DNA of 64,000 nt, taken from NCBI GenBank assembly GCA_964399285.1, contig CAYNQK010000002.1:512-64511 (forward strand), read 5' to 3'. Numbering within the stretch: the first letter of the stretch is position 1; each line of letters opens with the position of its first letter. Below the pieces are notes generated by a model, which worked only from the letters and a program-made list of their open reading frames with translations, was not told where the DNA came from and did not search any database. Source of the DNA: an uncultured Spirochaetales bacterium. Lineage in GTDB: Bacteria > Spirochaetota > Spirochaetia > Treponematales > JBGSOB01. The position numbers and the translations under genes are program-made. This document shows positions 56,313-64,000 of this stretch, one piece after another.

Positions 56313-57464
56313 ATGGAATCAAAAAAGAAGATCCTCTTCCTCTACCTCGACTCAGGCGGCGGCCACAAGGCGCCCGCCATGGCGGTGGCCGACTGGATCA
56401 ACAAGCACGAAGGGCATAGGGCCGAGGCCATCGTGGCCAACGGGGTCTCCCCGAAGAATTTCATAACCGCCGCCCTCCTCGAGCAGGGCTATCGCGTCAT
56501 CACGACCCGCTTCCCCGCGATCTGGAAGACCTTCTACGATATGTCCCTCCCGAGGGTTTCCCTCTTCCTCAATTCGATCTCCATCCTCCTCAACTCGCTC
56601 ACGCACCTCGCCATCCTCCTCAGGCGGGAGCGCCCCGACGTGGTGGTCAACTGCCACTTCCTCCTCAACTCGCCCCTCAAGGTCCTCCACCGGTCGCCCG
56701 GTTGCAGCTTCAAGCTGCTCACGCTGTGCACGGACCCCTTCACCATCCATCCCTTCTGGTTCTACAAGCAGTACGGCACCGTGCTCCTCTTCTCGCGCAT
56801 CGCGCGCGAGGAGATCATGGCCTCCTACCGGATCCCCCCCGAGCGCGTGCCCATCTTCCCCTGGGTCCTCCAGGAGCGCTACTCGGCCGCGCTCCCGAAG
56901 GAGCGGGTGATCGAGCTCAAGCGGGAGTTCGGGCTCGATCCAGAGGGCCGCGTGGTCCTCATCGCGGGCGGGGGCGAGGGCCTCCCGCACACGGAGAACT
57001 ACTTCAGCTCCCTCCTCGACTCATGGGCGGAATTCGATCTCGTGGTGGGCTGCGGGAAGAACGAGGCCATCAAGCGGCGATGCGAGGAGATCCTCCGCCG
57101 GAAATATCCCCGGCGGACGGTGAAGATCCTGGGCTTCACCAAGCTCATGTACGAATACATCAACTGCGCGGATCTCGTCATCTCGAAGGCGGGGACCTCG
57201 ACCGTCATGGAGACCCTGAGCCAGGGAAAGCCCCTCCTCATCGCCCAGTACCTCTACGGACAGGAATTCGGGAACGCGGCCTTCGTGGTCAGGAAAGGGC
57301 TCGGAGTGTACGCGCCCAAGCCGGCGGACATGCGCTCGACCGTCGAACGCTTCCTCTCGGATCCGAAGGCGTACCGCCGCGTGAAGGAGCGGATCGCCAA
57401 GGCGGACATCAGGAACGGAACGCCGGAGGTCGCCTCGTACATCCTTAATAAGGCGGGAGCCTAG
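56313..57464 (+). CDS. GT28-family glycosyltransferase (monogalactosyl/diglucosyl-diacylglycerol synthase-like)
   Basis: I place the true start at the ATG at 56313 (MESKKKILFLYLDSGGGHKAPAMAV...). The MGDG_synth N-terminal motif and the C-terminal ISKAGTSTVMETLSQGKPLL GT-B motif are present. The upstream 430 codons of the 815-aa ORF are an out-of-frame overlap with ygiQ. Confidence 0.8.
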   Translation: MESKKKILFLYLDSGGGHKAPAMAVADWINKHEGHRAEAIVANGVSPKNFITAALLEQGYRVITTRFPAIWKTFYDMSLPRVSLFLNSISILLNSLTHLAILLRRERPDVVVNCHFLLNSPLKVLHRSPGCSFKLLTLCTDPFTIHPFWFYKQYGTVLLFSRIAREEIMASYRIPPERVPIFPWVLQERYSAALPKERVIELKREFGLDPEGRVVLIAGGGEGLPHTENYFSSLLDSWAEFDLVVGCGKNEAIKRRCEEILRRKYPRRTVKILGFTKLMYEYINCADLVISKAGTSTVMETLSQGKPLLIAQYLYGQEFGNAAFVVRKGLGVYAPKPADMRSTVERFLSDPKAYRRVKERIAKADIRNGTPEVASYILNKAGA

Positions 57465-58550
57465 CGCGGGCCGGGGCCCGCGCCGTCCCTTCCCCCGGCG
57501 CCGGTTCTTGAGGCAATGGAGCGCTATGAATCCCGAGAGGGCGACCGTCCACGACGCCGCCACGAGCGCCAGGAACCATCCGCGCGGTAGATACGACGAG
57601 AGCACGTTGACGGCGCCGAGGGCCATGGTCGACGCGTAGATCATGCCCAGGATCGCCCTCGTCCCCAGCCCCAGCTTGAGCAGCTTGTGGTGCAGGTGCC
57701 AATCGTCCGGTGACATGATCGACTTCCCGGCGCGGAGCCGCCTCCAGATGGCGGCGAAGGTGTCGAAGATCGGAATGACGATGACGGTGATGCCCAGATA
57801 CGGCTGGATGTCGAGGTAGGCCCCGTTCCTCGAGATGAGGGGGAGGAGGGCGACCATGAAGCCCAGATACGTCGACCCCGAGTCGCCCATGAAGATCTTG
57901 GCCGGAGGGAAGTTATAGAAGAGGAAACCGGCGAGCGATCCCACGAGCGCGAAGGAGAAGAGGGCCGGCATGGCCTCCCCGCGCGCGACGTAGAGGATGC
58001 CGTAGGTGCAGGCGGCGATGATGGAGATCCCTCCGCAGAGCCCGTCCATCCCGTCGATGAAGTTTATCGCGTTGATGATGCCCACGATCCAGAGCACGGT
58101 GAGCGGCCAGGAGATCCAGGCGGGGATGGACAGCGCCCCGAGGCCGGGAAGCCAGATGGAATGGAAGCGGAAATCGAAGAAGCAGAGCGCCACCGACACG
58201 AGGACCTGCACGGCGAAGCGGAGCTTCGCGGATATGTTCCTGAAGTCGTCCACGAGCGAAAGGACGTTCACGATGAGCATCCCGGCGAGGAGCGGCAGGT
58301 AGTCGATCCCGGAGCCGCCCGACGGATTGAAAACGGGGATGAGCGCGAGAAGGGCGATGGGCAGGAAGGACGTCCAGAAGATGCCGATCCCGCCGAGCCT
58401 GGGCACGTTGCCCCGGTGTATCTTCCTCGGATCCAGGGGATCGAACCACTTGCGCCTATGGGCGATATAGATGACGAGGGGGGTGAAGGCCAGATTCAGG
58501 ATGCACGAGATGAGGGCGGTGAGGAGCGGGTACATGCTTTCGATGTTCAC
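57021..58550 (-). CDS. Polyprenyl-phosphate HexNAc-1-phosphate transferase (WecA/MraY family, GT4 of the PNPT superfamily) with an anomalous 157-aa C-terminal extension
   Basis: GTG start at 58550 (GTGA overlap with the manC stop). About 350 aa of typical PNPT sequence (VPRLGGIGIF, NAINFIDGMDGL, IFMGDSGSTYLGF). The ORF has no stop until 57021. The last ~157 codons are antisense to the GT28 gene and look non-native. Confidence 0.75.
   Translation of the reverse strand: MNIESMYPLLTALISCILNLAFTPLVIYIAHRRKWFDPLDPRKIHRGNVPRLGGIGIFWTSFLPIALLALIPVFNPSGGSGIDYLPLLAGMLIVNVLSLVDDFRNISAKLRFAVQVLVSVALCFFDFRFHSIWLPGLGALSIPAWISWPLTVLWIVGIINAINFIDGMDGLCGGISIIAACTYGILYVARGEAMPALFSFALVGSLAGFLFYNFPPAKIFMGDSGSTYLGFMVALLPLISRNGAYLDIQPYLGITVIVIPIFDTFAAIWRRLRAGKSIMSPDDWHLHHKLLKLGLGTRAILGMIYASTMALGAVNVLSSYLPRGWFLALVAASWTVALSGFIALHCLKNRRRGKGRRGPRPALGSRLIKDVRGDLRRSVPDVRLGDPLLHAAVRLRIREEAFDGRAHVRRLGRVHSEPFPDHEGRVPEFLSVEVLGDEEGLSLAQGLHDGRGPRLRDDEIRAVDVFVHELGEAQDLHRPPGIFPAEDLLASPLDGLVLPAAHHEIEFRP
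57464..57483. terminator. Perfect GC hairpin at the junction of the convergent GT28 and wecA-like genes
   Basis: GCGCGGGCC-GG-GGCCCGCGC (9-bp arms) starts at the last base of the GT28 TAG stop. There is no flanking U tract on either strand. The wecA-like ORF reads straight through it. Confidence 0.4.
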
Positions 58551-59611
58551 GATGGCATCCTACCATCGCCCTCGGGGCGATGCAACGGTTCGAGTTCGGA
58601 GAGGGCGCGGACCGCGTCCTTCACGCGCTGCCCCGAGCCCCGCCTCGCGACGAGGAGGGCGTCCTCGGTGTCGACCACCATCATATCATCCGCGTCGATG
58701 AGCACCACGGCCTTCTTCCCGTTCCGCTCGATCACGAGGCAGCCCGAGGAATCGAGGAAGAGGGGCTCCTTCTCGGCGTAGGCGGCGTTCCCCGCCGCTC
58801 CGCCGGCCGACAGCGCGTAGAGGCTTTCATAGCTCCCGACGTCGCTCCATCCCATGTCGCAGGCGACGACGGCCATCCTGTCGGATTTTTCCATGACAGC
58901 GTAATCGAGGGAGATGGAGGGCGCGATGGCCATGTCCTCAGCCCGCGGCTCTATCCGCGCCCCTCCGCGCGCGGACGCGTAAGCGGCGCGGCAGGCCTTG
59001 AGCGTCTCGGGCGAATGCTTTCCGAGCTCCTCGAGGAAAACGCCTGCCTTGAAACAGAAGATCCCGGAATTCCAGAGGTGCTTCCCTCCGGCGCAGTATT
59101 CCGCTGCCACCGCGGCCGAGGGTTTTTCGGTGAAACGGACGACTCGATCCCCGTCGCGCTCGATGTAGCCGTATCCGGTCTCGGGATATCCGGCCTTCAC
59201 CCCCAGGGCGACGATAAAGCCCTCGCGGGCCAGGGCGGCCGCCCGGTCCACGGCGTTCCGATACGCCGCCTCGTCGCGGATCAGGTGGTCCGCGGGACTG
59301 ACGAGCACGATCTCCTCTGGATCGAGCGCGAGGACGGCGAGGGCGGCCGCGGGCGCGGTGTTCCTGGGCAGCGGCTCGAGGACGAGGGGCCGGACCTCGA
59401 TCCCGGCTTCCGCGAACGCGGGGAGCGCGAGGCCCGCGTGCTCCTTTCCGATGGCGAGCGCGAAGGTTCCGCAGACGCCGGCGTTCCGCGCGATCGTCGC
59501 GGCGAAGAGGGTTCCGCCCCGGAACAGGGGCACGAAGGGCTTAGGCAGGGCGGGCAGGGAAATGGGCCAGAGCCGCGTGCCCGAACCGCCGGACAGGATG
59601 AGGCAGGTCAT
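58547..59611 (-). CDS. manC: Mannose-1-phosphate guanylyltransferase
   Basis: 354-aa ORF. CLILSGGSGTRLWPIS...PKPF is the nucleotidyltransferase N terminus. FCFKAGVFLEEL and WSDVGSYESL are typical of ManC/CpsB (short form without the PMI domain). Confidence 0.85.
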   Translation of the reverse strand: MTCLILSGGSGTRLWPISLPALPKPFVPLFRGGTLFAATIARNAGVCGTFALAIGKEHAGLALPAFAEAGIEVRPLVLEPLPRNTAPAAALAVLALDPEEIVLVSPADHLIRDEAAYRNAVDRAAALAREGFIVALGVKAGYPETGYGYIERDGDRVVRFTEKPSAAVAAEYCAGGKHLWNSGIFCFKAGVFLEELGKHSPETLKACRAAYASARGGARIEPRAEDMAIAPSISLDYAVMEKSDRMAVVACDMGWSDVGSYESLYALSAGGAAGNAAYAEKEPLFLDSSGCLVIERNGKKAVVLIDADDMMVVDTEDALLVARRGSGQRVKDAVRALSELEPLHRPEGDGRMPS

Positions 59612-59617
59612 GCCGGA

Positions 59618-60613
59618 TCACTCCGTCCTGAAGACATAGCCGTCGCCTCCCTTTCCCTCGCCGAGGAATTCGAAGCCCACCGTCCGGGATATCCCCTCCT
59701 CGAGGCTCGCGGGGGGGCGGAAGCCCGACGCCATGGCCTTGTCCGCCGAGAAGCTCGTGGTAGCGCAGAATTTCTTGATCCTGATGGAACTCACGGGGAA
59801 GCGCTTCCCCGTCACCGCGGAGAGCGCGTCGAAGCAGAGGCCGCCCAGGTATCCGAGGAAGTACGGGAACCGCGGACCCACGCGGTCACCCCGGCCGAGG
59901 AGCGCGTTGACCTTCCTCACGAGGCGGTTCATGTCGAAGTCGGGCTTGTCCACGTAATTGAAGAGATGCTCGCCCGGCCCGAAGCCCATGCAGTGCTCCA
60001 GGAAGGCGGCCACGTTCTCCACGTAGGCCATGCTCTTCGTGTTCGTCCCGTTCCCGACCATGACGAAGTGGCGCGAGGCGATGAAGCTGAGCAGGTTGTA
60101 GACGTTCCCGCGATTCCGCTCGCCGAAGACCACGGTCGGCCGGACGATGGCGAGGGAGCGGTCCGCGCCGCCCGAGAGCCATGCCCGGTACGCGCCCTCG
60201 GCGGCGAGCTTGGTCTTCCCGTACTCGTTGAAGGGGGCGCAGGCGCCGTCCTCGGCGGTTCCGGCGGGCGCGAAGCCGTAGACCGCCACCGAGCTCGTGA
60301 AGACGATCTTCCCGATGCCGAGGCGTTCCGCGGCCCGGCAGACGTTCACCGCTCCGCCCACGTTGACGTCGGCGTAGAGGCTGAGCGGGCGGACGTCGTC
60401 GCGGTGCTGGGCCGCGAGGTTCACGACGAGGCCGCAGCCCCGGAGGCCCGCTTCGAGCGAGGCGGGGTCGCGCACGTCGGCCGCCTCCCATCGATCGGGG
60501 AAGAAATGGCTCTTGGCGATGTCGAGGATCTTGAAGTCCCTGCCGGCCCGCCGGAGCCGCTCCGCGAGCCGCGTGCCGATGAAACCGGAACCGCCGATGA
60601 TCGCGATGCGCAC
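59618..60613 (-). CDS. NAD-dependent nucleotide-sugar epimerase/dehydratase (SDR)
   Basis: Rossmann motif IAIIGGSGFIGTRL and catalytic YGKTK. I prefer the GTG at 60613, which has GGGAG 6 nt upstream. The 54 upstream codons of the ORF (to 60775) are Arg/Pro/Gly-rich and probably non-coding. Confidence 0.75.
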   Translation of the reverse strand: MRIAIIGGSGFIGTRLAERLRRAGRDFKILDIAKSHFFPDRWEAADVRDPASLEAGLRGCGLVVNLAAQHRDDVRPLSLYADVNVGGAVNVCRAAERLGIGKIVFTSSVAVYGFAPAGTAEDGACAPFNEYGKTKLAAEGAYRAWLSGGADRSLAIVRPTVVFGERNRGNVYNLLSFIASRHFVMVGNGTNTKSMAYVENVAAFLEHCMGFGPGEHLFNYVDKPDFDMNRLVRKVNALLGRGDRVGPRFPYFLGYLGGLCFDALSAVTGKRFPVSSIRIKKFCATTSFSADKAMASGFRPPASLEEGISRTVGFEFLGEGKGGDGYVFRTE

Positions 60614-60781
60614 GCTACGCTCCCTGGCGGGCGTCGCCCGCGCGCGAGGCGCTCCGAGCGCCCCGCGGCCCGGCGTTTCCCGCCGCGGCCGGCCGTACGC
60701 CGGCTCCTGACGGGGGGTTCCGCGCCGGTCCGCCGGATTCCCGATGCGCCCGGGCGGCGCGAACGCCAACGCCAACGCCCG

Positions 60782-61330
60782 TCATCGTGAAAAAACCTCC
60801 GCCAGGTAGGCGGTATCCGGCTCGGACCCTTGAGGGACCGGCCGCGGCTCGTTCTCCGAGACGAGGTACAGGTAGCGGCCCTTCAGGGGCCGGGTCCGCG
60901 CCGATCGGATGTCGGCCGACCTCACGAAAAGCAGTTCGTATTTCTGGCAGGCGTACTCCACGATGAACTCGAGGTCGCTCGGCCCGGCGAGGAGGACGCC
61001 CGAGTAGCCCTCGCGTTTCTTGGCGGCGATCAGCGCCTCGACGAGGTCCTTGTAGACGGAGACGTTGGTGATCGTCCGCTTGAAGTACCGGAAGGTCCGC
61101 GCCGCGATCTCCTTCACGCCCTCCGGCGTGACGAGGTATTGGATGTTCCGGGGATTGATCCGCCGAATGGTTACCCAGCCCTTTTCGATGAAGCGCTTGA
61201 GGAGCATGTTGGTCATGCCCAGTGAGAGGCTCGCCGCGCGGGCGAGCTCACGCTGTTTGACGTCCTCGTCGCGCTTTTGGGAGTGATAAATGGTTTCTAG
61301 GATCGATAACTCGGAATCCTGGGTGTCCAT
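60782..61330 (-). CDS. Winged-helix (MarR-like) transcriptional regulator with a C-terminal domain of unknown function
   Basis: The wHTH segment reads KQRELARAASLSLGMTNMLLKRFIEKGWVTIRRINPRNIQYLVTPEGV. I take the ATG at 61330 as the start, because the ORF-track start at 61339 is a TTG. It is the first gene of the regulator-epimerase-manC-wecA operon. Confidence 0.75.
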   Translation of the reverse strand: MDTQDSELSILETIYHSQKRDEDVKQRELARAASLSLGMTNMLLKRFIEKGWVTIRRINPRNIQYLVTPEGVKEIAARTFRYFKRTITNVSVYKDLVEALIAAKKREGYSGVLLAGPSDLEFIVEYACQKYELLFVRSADIRSARTRPLKGRYLYLVSENEPRPVPQGSEPDTAYLAEVFSR

Positions 61331-61378
61331 AGTGTTCAACCATTGAACACTATATCACGAACGTGCTTCCTCCACAAG
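61329..61378 (-). promoter_or_regulatory. Promoter of the wHTH regulator operon (TTGTGG-17-TATAGT) with an overlapping 11-bp-arm palindrome containing TGTTCA-N5-TGAACA
   Basis: The minus strand reads ccTTGTGGaggaagcacgttcgtgaTATAGTGTTCAATGGTTGAACACTATGgac. The palindrome ATAGTGTTCAA-TGG-TTGAACACTAT spans 61329-61353. It covers the -10 box and runs into the ATG. Confidence 0.65.
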
Positions 61379-62278
61379 GAGATCCTGCGCGTACGAACAG
61401 AGGATGAGGGGGCCGCGAGAACGGGAGCGCGCCTCTTTAAGCAGAATCGCGTCGATCCCGGCCTCGAGGTACTCCGGGAAGGTGAGAAGAAAGAAGACGA
61501 GGAGTCCCGAGGCGCCGCCGGGGAGCTGGAGGCGTTCGCCGAGGAGGAGGGCGAGGCTGTCCGCCTCCCCCGGGGAATCCTCCATTCCCGGAATCCTGGC
61601 CTCCAAAATGAGGGCCTTGTCCGACTTCACGGCCCGGTCCAACCGCCCCGCGCATTCAGCGTAGAGGAGATTCCGGTACTCCCGCTCGGAGAGCAGGCCC
61701 GCTCCGCGGGAGGGAAGGAGGGCGTCGAGCAGGCGGAGCGCCCGGTCATGCCCGGTCTCGCGGAGCTCGCAGGCGGCGACGTCCGAAAGGAAGGGGTCCA
61801 GGTCCTCGACGCCGCCCCCGCCCTCGCCCGCGGAAGGAACGGTGCCGGGACGCGGAGGCTCTTCCGCGAGGAGGTTGCGGTACCAACGCCCGATGACCCG
61901 TATCATCTCGAGGTCCTTGAAGTGGAAAAAGCGCGCCTCGAGCTCGGGAAAGGCGGAGAGCGATTCCTTGAACGCCTTGAAGACGCCCCGCCGGGACGAG
62001 AGCGCCTCCCCCATCGCCGTCCGCGCGGCTTCATTGCGCTGGGCCGAGGCGAAGCGCTCCATGAGCTTGAATCCGTCCGCGCTCGACCAAGCGGGGAGGG
62101 AGGCCCAGCGCCCCGCGTCCGCGGTCTCGGGGTCCTCGTCGTCGGCGCCCTCGGGGAAATCGGGATCGAGGCCGGGACTCGCGATCCGCCCCGTCTCCAC
62201 GTTTATGAGGGCGTCGTCGTCCTGGTCCTCCATCGCGAAGGCGATCTCGGATGCGATCCGCTCGTCCAGGGAAAACAT
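61355..62278 (-). CDS. Hypothetical protein with an N-terminal UPF0158-like region
   Basis: 307-aa ORF. The acidic N terminus (AFAMEDQDDDALINVETGRI...) and the FKAFKESL...FPELEARFFHFK segment resemble the UPF0158 family. The C-terminal half is unassigned. Confidence 0.5.
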   Translation of the reverse strand: MFSLDERIASEIAFAMEDQDDDALINVETGRIASPGLDPDFPEGADDEDPETADAGRWASLPAWSSADGFKLMERFASAQRNEAARTAMGEALSSRRGVFKAFKESLSAFPELEARFFHFKDLEMIRVIGRWYRNLLAEEPPRPGTVPSAGEGGGGVEDLDPFLSDVAACELRETGHDRALRLLDALLPSRGAGLLSEREYRNLLYAECAGRLDRAVKSDKALILEARIPGMEDSPGEADSLALLLGERLQLPGGASGLLVFFLLTFPEYLEAGIDAILLKEARSRSRGPLILCSYAQDLLVEEARS

Positions 62279-62285
62279 GGCGCTA

Positions 62286-63278
62286 TTATACCCGCTCGCC
62301 CGGGTACTTCACGCCCCAGGCCTTCCTGAGGTCGTCCATGATGCCCATGATAGCGCAGGACTCCGCGATGGGCATGACCGGGCTGTCCGTGACGCCGCGG
62401 GAGACGCAGAGGGCGGCGTGGGCGGCCTCGTGCTGGTAGCCCATGCCCGGGCTCGGGTCGCGGTATTCCTCCACGACGCGGTCCTCCTCCGTGATCCGCC
62501 AGCCCTTGCTCATCCAGAAGCGCTCGAGCCGGGCGCTCCGCTTCTTCCCGTACACGAGCCCGTCCTTGTGGCCCTCTCCCGCGAAACCGCAGGAGAGGCT
62601 CGCGAGGAGGCCGCCCGGGAAGGAGAGGGTCATGGCCGCCGCCTCGTCCACGCCCGTGGGCGCGAGGCGGGCGACGCCGCTCCACGACGAGGGAAGTCTC
62701 CCCGCGGCCATGACGGCGAAGCCGATGGGGTAGATGCCCACGTCCAAGAGGGAACCTCCCGCGAGAGCGGGATCGAAAAGCCTGCTCGCTGGATCGTAAT
62801 CCCGCCTGAAGGAGAGGTCCGCCACGATCATCGATGGCTCGCCGAGCTCGCCGCCCCGGAGCCGCTCCATGAGGCTCACGGAGGCGGGGAGGAAGCGCGT
62901 CCAGAAGGCCTCCATGGCGAAGAGCCCGCGCCGTTTCGCCTCGGCCGCGATCTCCTCCGCCTGGGCGCGGTTGAGCGCGAGGGGCTTCTCCACGAGGACG
63001 TGCTTCCCGGCGCGGAGGCAGAGGAGGGCGTCGTCCCGGTGGCGGTTGTGGGGCGTGGCTATGTAAACGATGTCCACGTCCCTGGATGCCGCGAGCTCCT
63101 CGTAGGAGCCGAAGGCCGCGGGGCGCTGGACGCAGGCCTCCGCGAAGGCCTTCGCCTTGGCGAGGTCCCGCGAGCCCACGGCCGCGAGGGAGCAGCCCTC
63201 CGCGTGGGCGAGGTCGTCCGCGAATTTGCGGGCGATCCAGCCCGCACCGACGATGCCGAACCGCAGCGTTCCGCCCAT
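62286..63278 (-). CDS. Gfo/Idh/MocA-family NAD(P)-dependent oxidoreductase
   Basis: 330-aa ORF with the N-terminal Rossmann LRFGIVGAGWIARKF and the EKP motif context (HVLVEKPLALN). Confidence 0.85.
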   Translation of the reverse strand: MGGTLRFGIVGAGWIARKFADDLAHAEGCSLAAVGSRDLAKAKAFAEACVQRPAAFGSYEELAASRDVDIVYIATPHNRHRDDALLCLRAGKHVLVEKPLALNRAQAEEIAAEAKRRGLFAMEAFWTRFLPASVSLMERLRGGELGEPSMIVADLSFRRDYDPASRLFDPALAGGSLLDVGIYPIGFAVMAAGRLPSSWSGVARLAPTGVDEAAAMTLSFPGGLLASLSCGFAGEGHKDGLVYGKKRSARLERFWMSKGWRITEEDRVVEEYRDPSPGMGYQHEAAHAALCVSRGVTDSPVMPIAESCAIMGIMDDLRKAWGVKYPGERV

Positions 63279-63293
63279 GGCCCCCTCCTCCGT

Positions 63294-63968
63294 TCAGTCC
63301 TCCGCGCCGTATTCGCGGCGATACGCCGCGGCGCGTTCCAGTATGGAATCTTCCAGGCCCAGGGCCGCGCGGTTCTCGCGCGAGCCGAGGAACTCCATGA
63401 TGTCGTCGATGGAGACGATGGACGCGGTCTCGATGCCGTAGAGGTCCCGCACCTCGCGGAGCGCGGACTTTCCGGAGTCGAGGCGCTCGCGCCGGTCCAC
63501 CGCGATGACGAGGCCGACGAGGCGTGCCATGGGGAAGCGCTTCAGCGTCTCGAAGGTCTCGCGCACGGAGGTGCCCGCCGTGATGACGTCCTCGACGATG
63601 AGGACGCGCGTCTCCTCCGCGTAGGAATCGCCCACGAGGATCCCGCCCTCGCCGTGGTCCTTGGCCTCCTTGCGGTTGTAGGTGAAGCTGGGATCGATGG
63701 CGTGGAGGCGGTTGAGGGCGGCCGCGACCGTGGCGCAGAGCGGAATGCCCTTGTAGGCGGGCCCGAAGAGGTTGTCGAAGCGTCCGCGGAATTTTTCCTC
63801 GATGAGGGCGGCGTAGGCCTCCGAGAGGCGCTGGATGGAGGAACCCGAGCTGAACATGCCCATGTTCACGAAATAGGGCGTCTTCCTTCCGCTCTTGGTG
63901 GTGAAATCCCCGAAGCGCAGGGCCCCGACCTCAGCGAGGAAGCGCACGAAGGCGCTCTTGTCGATCAT
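63294..63968 (-). CDS. pyrE: Orotate phosphoribosyltransferase
   Basis: 224-aa ORF with GGGGAGGG upstream. ALRFGDFTTKSGRKTPYFVN and the PRPP-binding VLIVEDVITAGTS motif are present. Confidence 0.9.
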   Translation of the reverse strand: MIDKSAFVRFLAEVGALRFGDFTTKSGRKTPYFVNMGMFSSGSSIQRLSEAYAALIEEKFRGRFDNLFGPAYKGIPLCATVAAALNRLHAIDPSFTYNRKEAKDHGEGGILVGDSYAEETRVLIVEDVITAGTSVRETFETLKRFPMARLVGLVIAVDRRERLDSGKSALREVRDLYGIETASIVSIDDIMEFLGSRENRAALGLEDSILERAAAYRREYGAED

Positions 63969-64000
63969 CGTCCCTCCCCGCCGGCCGGAGCCGGCGGCCC

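Noticed and set aside
60761-60780. The (AACGCC)x3 hexamer microrepeat just downstream of the regulator stop.
   Set aside because: Three copies of a hexamer in GC-rich non-coding DNA are too short to call a functional repeat. It is noted only as part of the structured spacer.
58580-60790. 736-aa plus-strand ORF covering the manC and epimerase region.
   Set aside because: It is antisense to two genes with strong family motifs (GGSGTRLWP, GGSGFIG...YGKTK). The translated sequence is Arg/Gly/Glu-rich low complexity.
1-64000. I looked for CRISPR arrays, IS elements, integrases, phage genes, toxin-antitoxin pairs and known defence-system domains.
   Set aside because: I saw no regularly spaced direct repeats. 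None of the credible ORFs has transposase, recombinase, nuclease-helicase or similar signatures. The only compositionally foreign segments are glycan-cassette genes.

Overview
This is a high-GC bacterial chromosomal window with about 50 protein genes and one tRNA. I found no rRNA, CRISPR array, transposase or integrase, and I cannot assign a taxon from the sequence alone.

**Layout**
- 1-13.6 kb: housekeeping and signalling genes. These are tRNA-Val, a large TPR protein, a CBM48-like secreted protein, a 2-hydroxyacid dehydrogenase, purL and purQ, a GAF-GGDEF cyclase and one hypothetical protein.
- 13.6-43.3 kb: one minus-strand block of 25 genes (about 29.4 kb). Nearly every junction is a 4-nt ATGA or GTGA stop/start overlap.
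- 43.4-64 kb: uvrC, a LamG/FN3 plus giant TPR plus HDOD operon, an MBL hydrolase, rlmE, a GH5 glycosidase, hsp20, an interrupted ygiQ, an MGDG-synthase-like GT28 gene, a second small glycan operon (wHTH regulator, epimerase, manC, wecA-like), a Gfo/Idh/MocA oxidoreductase and pyrE.

**What the 25-gene block encodes**
- GDP-fucose synthesis (gmd, fcl).
- A complete CDP-3,6-dideoxyhexose pathway (rfbF, rfbG, rfbH and an FNR-like reductase).
- A YerE/YerF-like TPP enzyme plus SDR pair, which suggests a branched-chain dideoxy sugar.
- Several glycosyltransferases, including a GT10 fucosyltransferase fused to a GT2 domain.
- Wzx, two Wzy/WaaL-type membrane proteins and a Wzz-like co-polymerase.
- At the distal end, an unusual export module with no ATPase gene: two FtsX/MacB-type permeases, a LolA-like protein and an outer-membrane beta-barrel.

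**Most interesting observations**
1. The same TGTTCA-N5-TGAACA palindrome is fused in the same register to the -10 box of two promoters. One drives the 25-gene operon and the other drives the wHTH regulator operon that also carries manC and wecA. This points to a dedicated regulon.
2. The Lol-like export module sits inside a Wzx/Wzy locus that has no Wza-type exporter.
3. The locus carries a probable branched 3,6-dideoxyhexose pathway with extra aldolase and HAD genes.
4. ygiQ contains an in-frame TAG at a conserved Ser position.
5. The wecA-like ORF has no stop codon until it has run 444 nt into the convergent gene.
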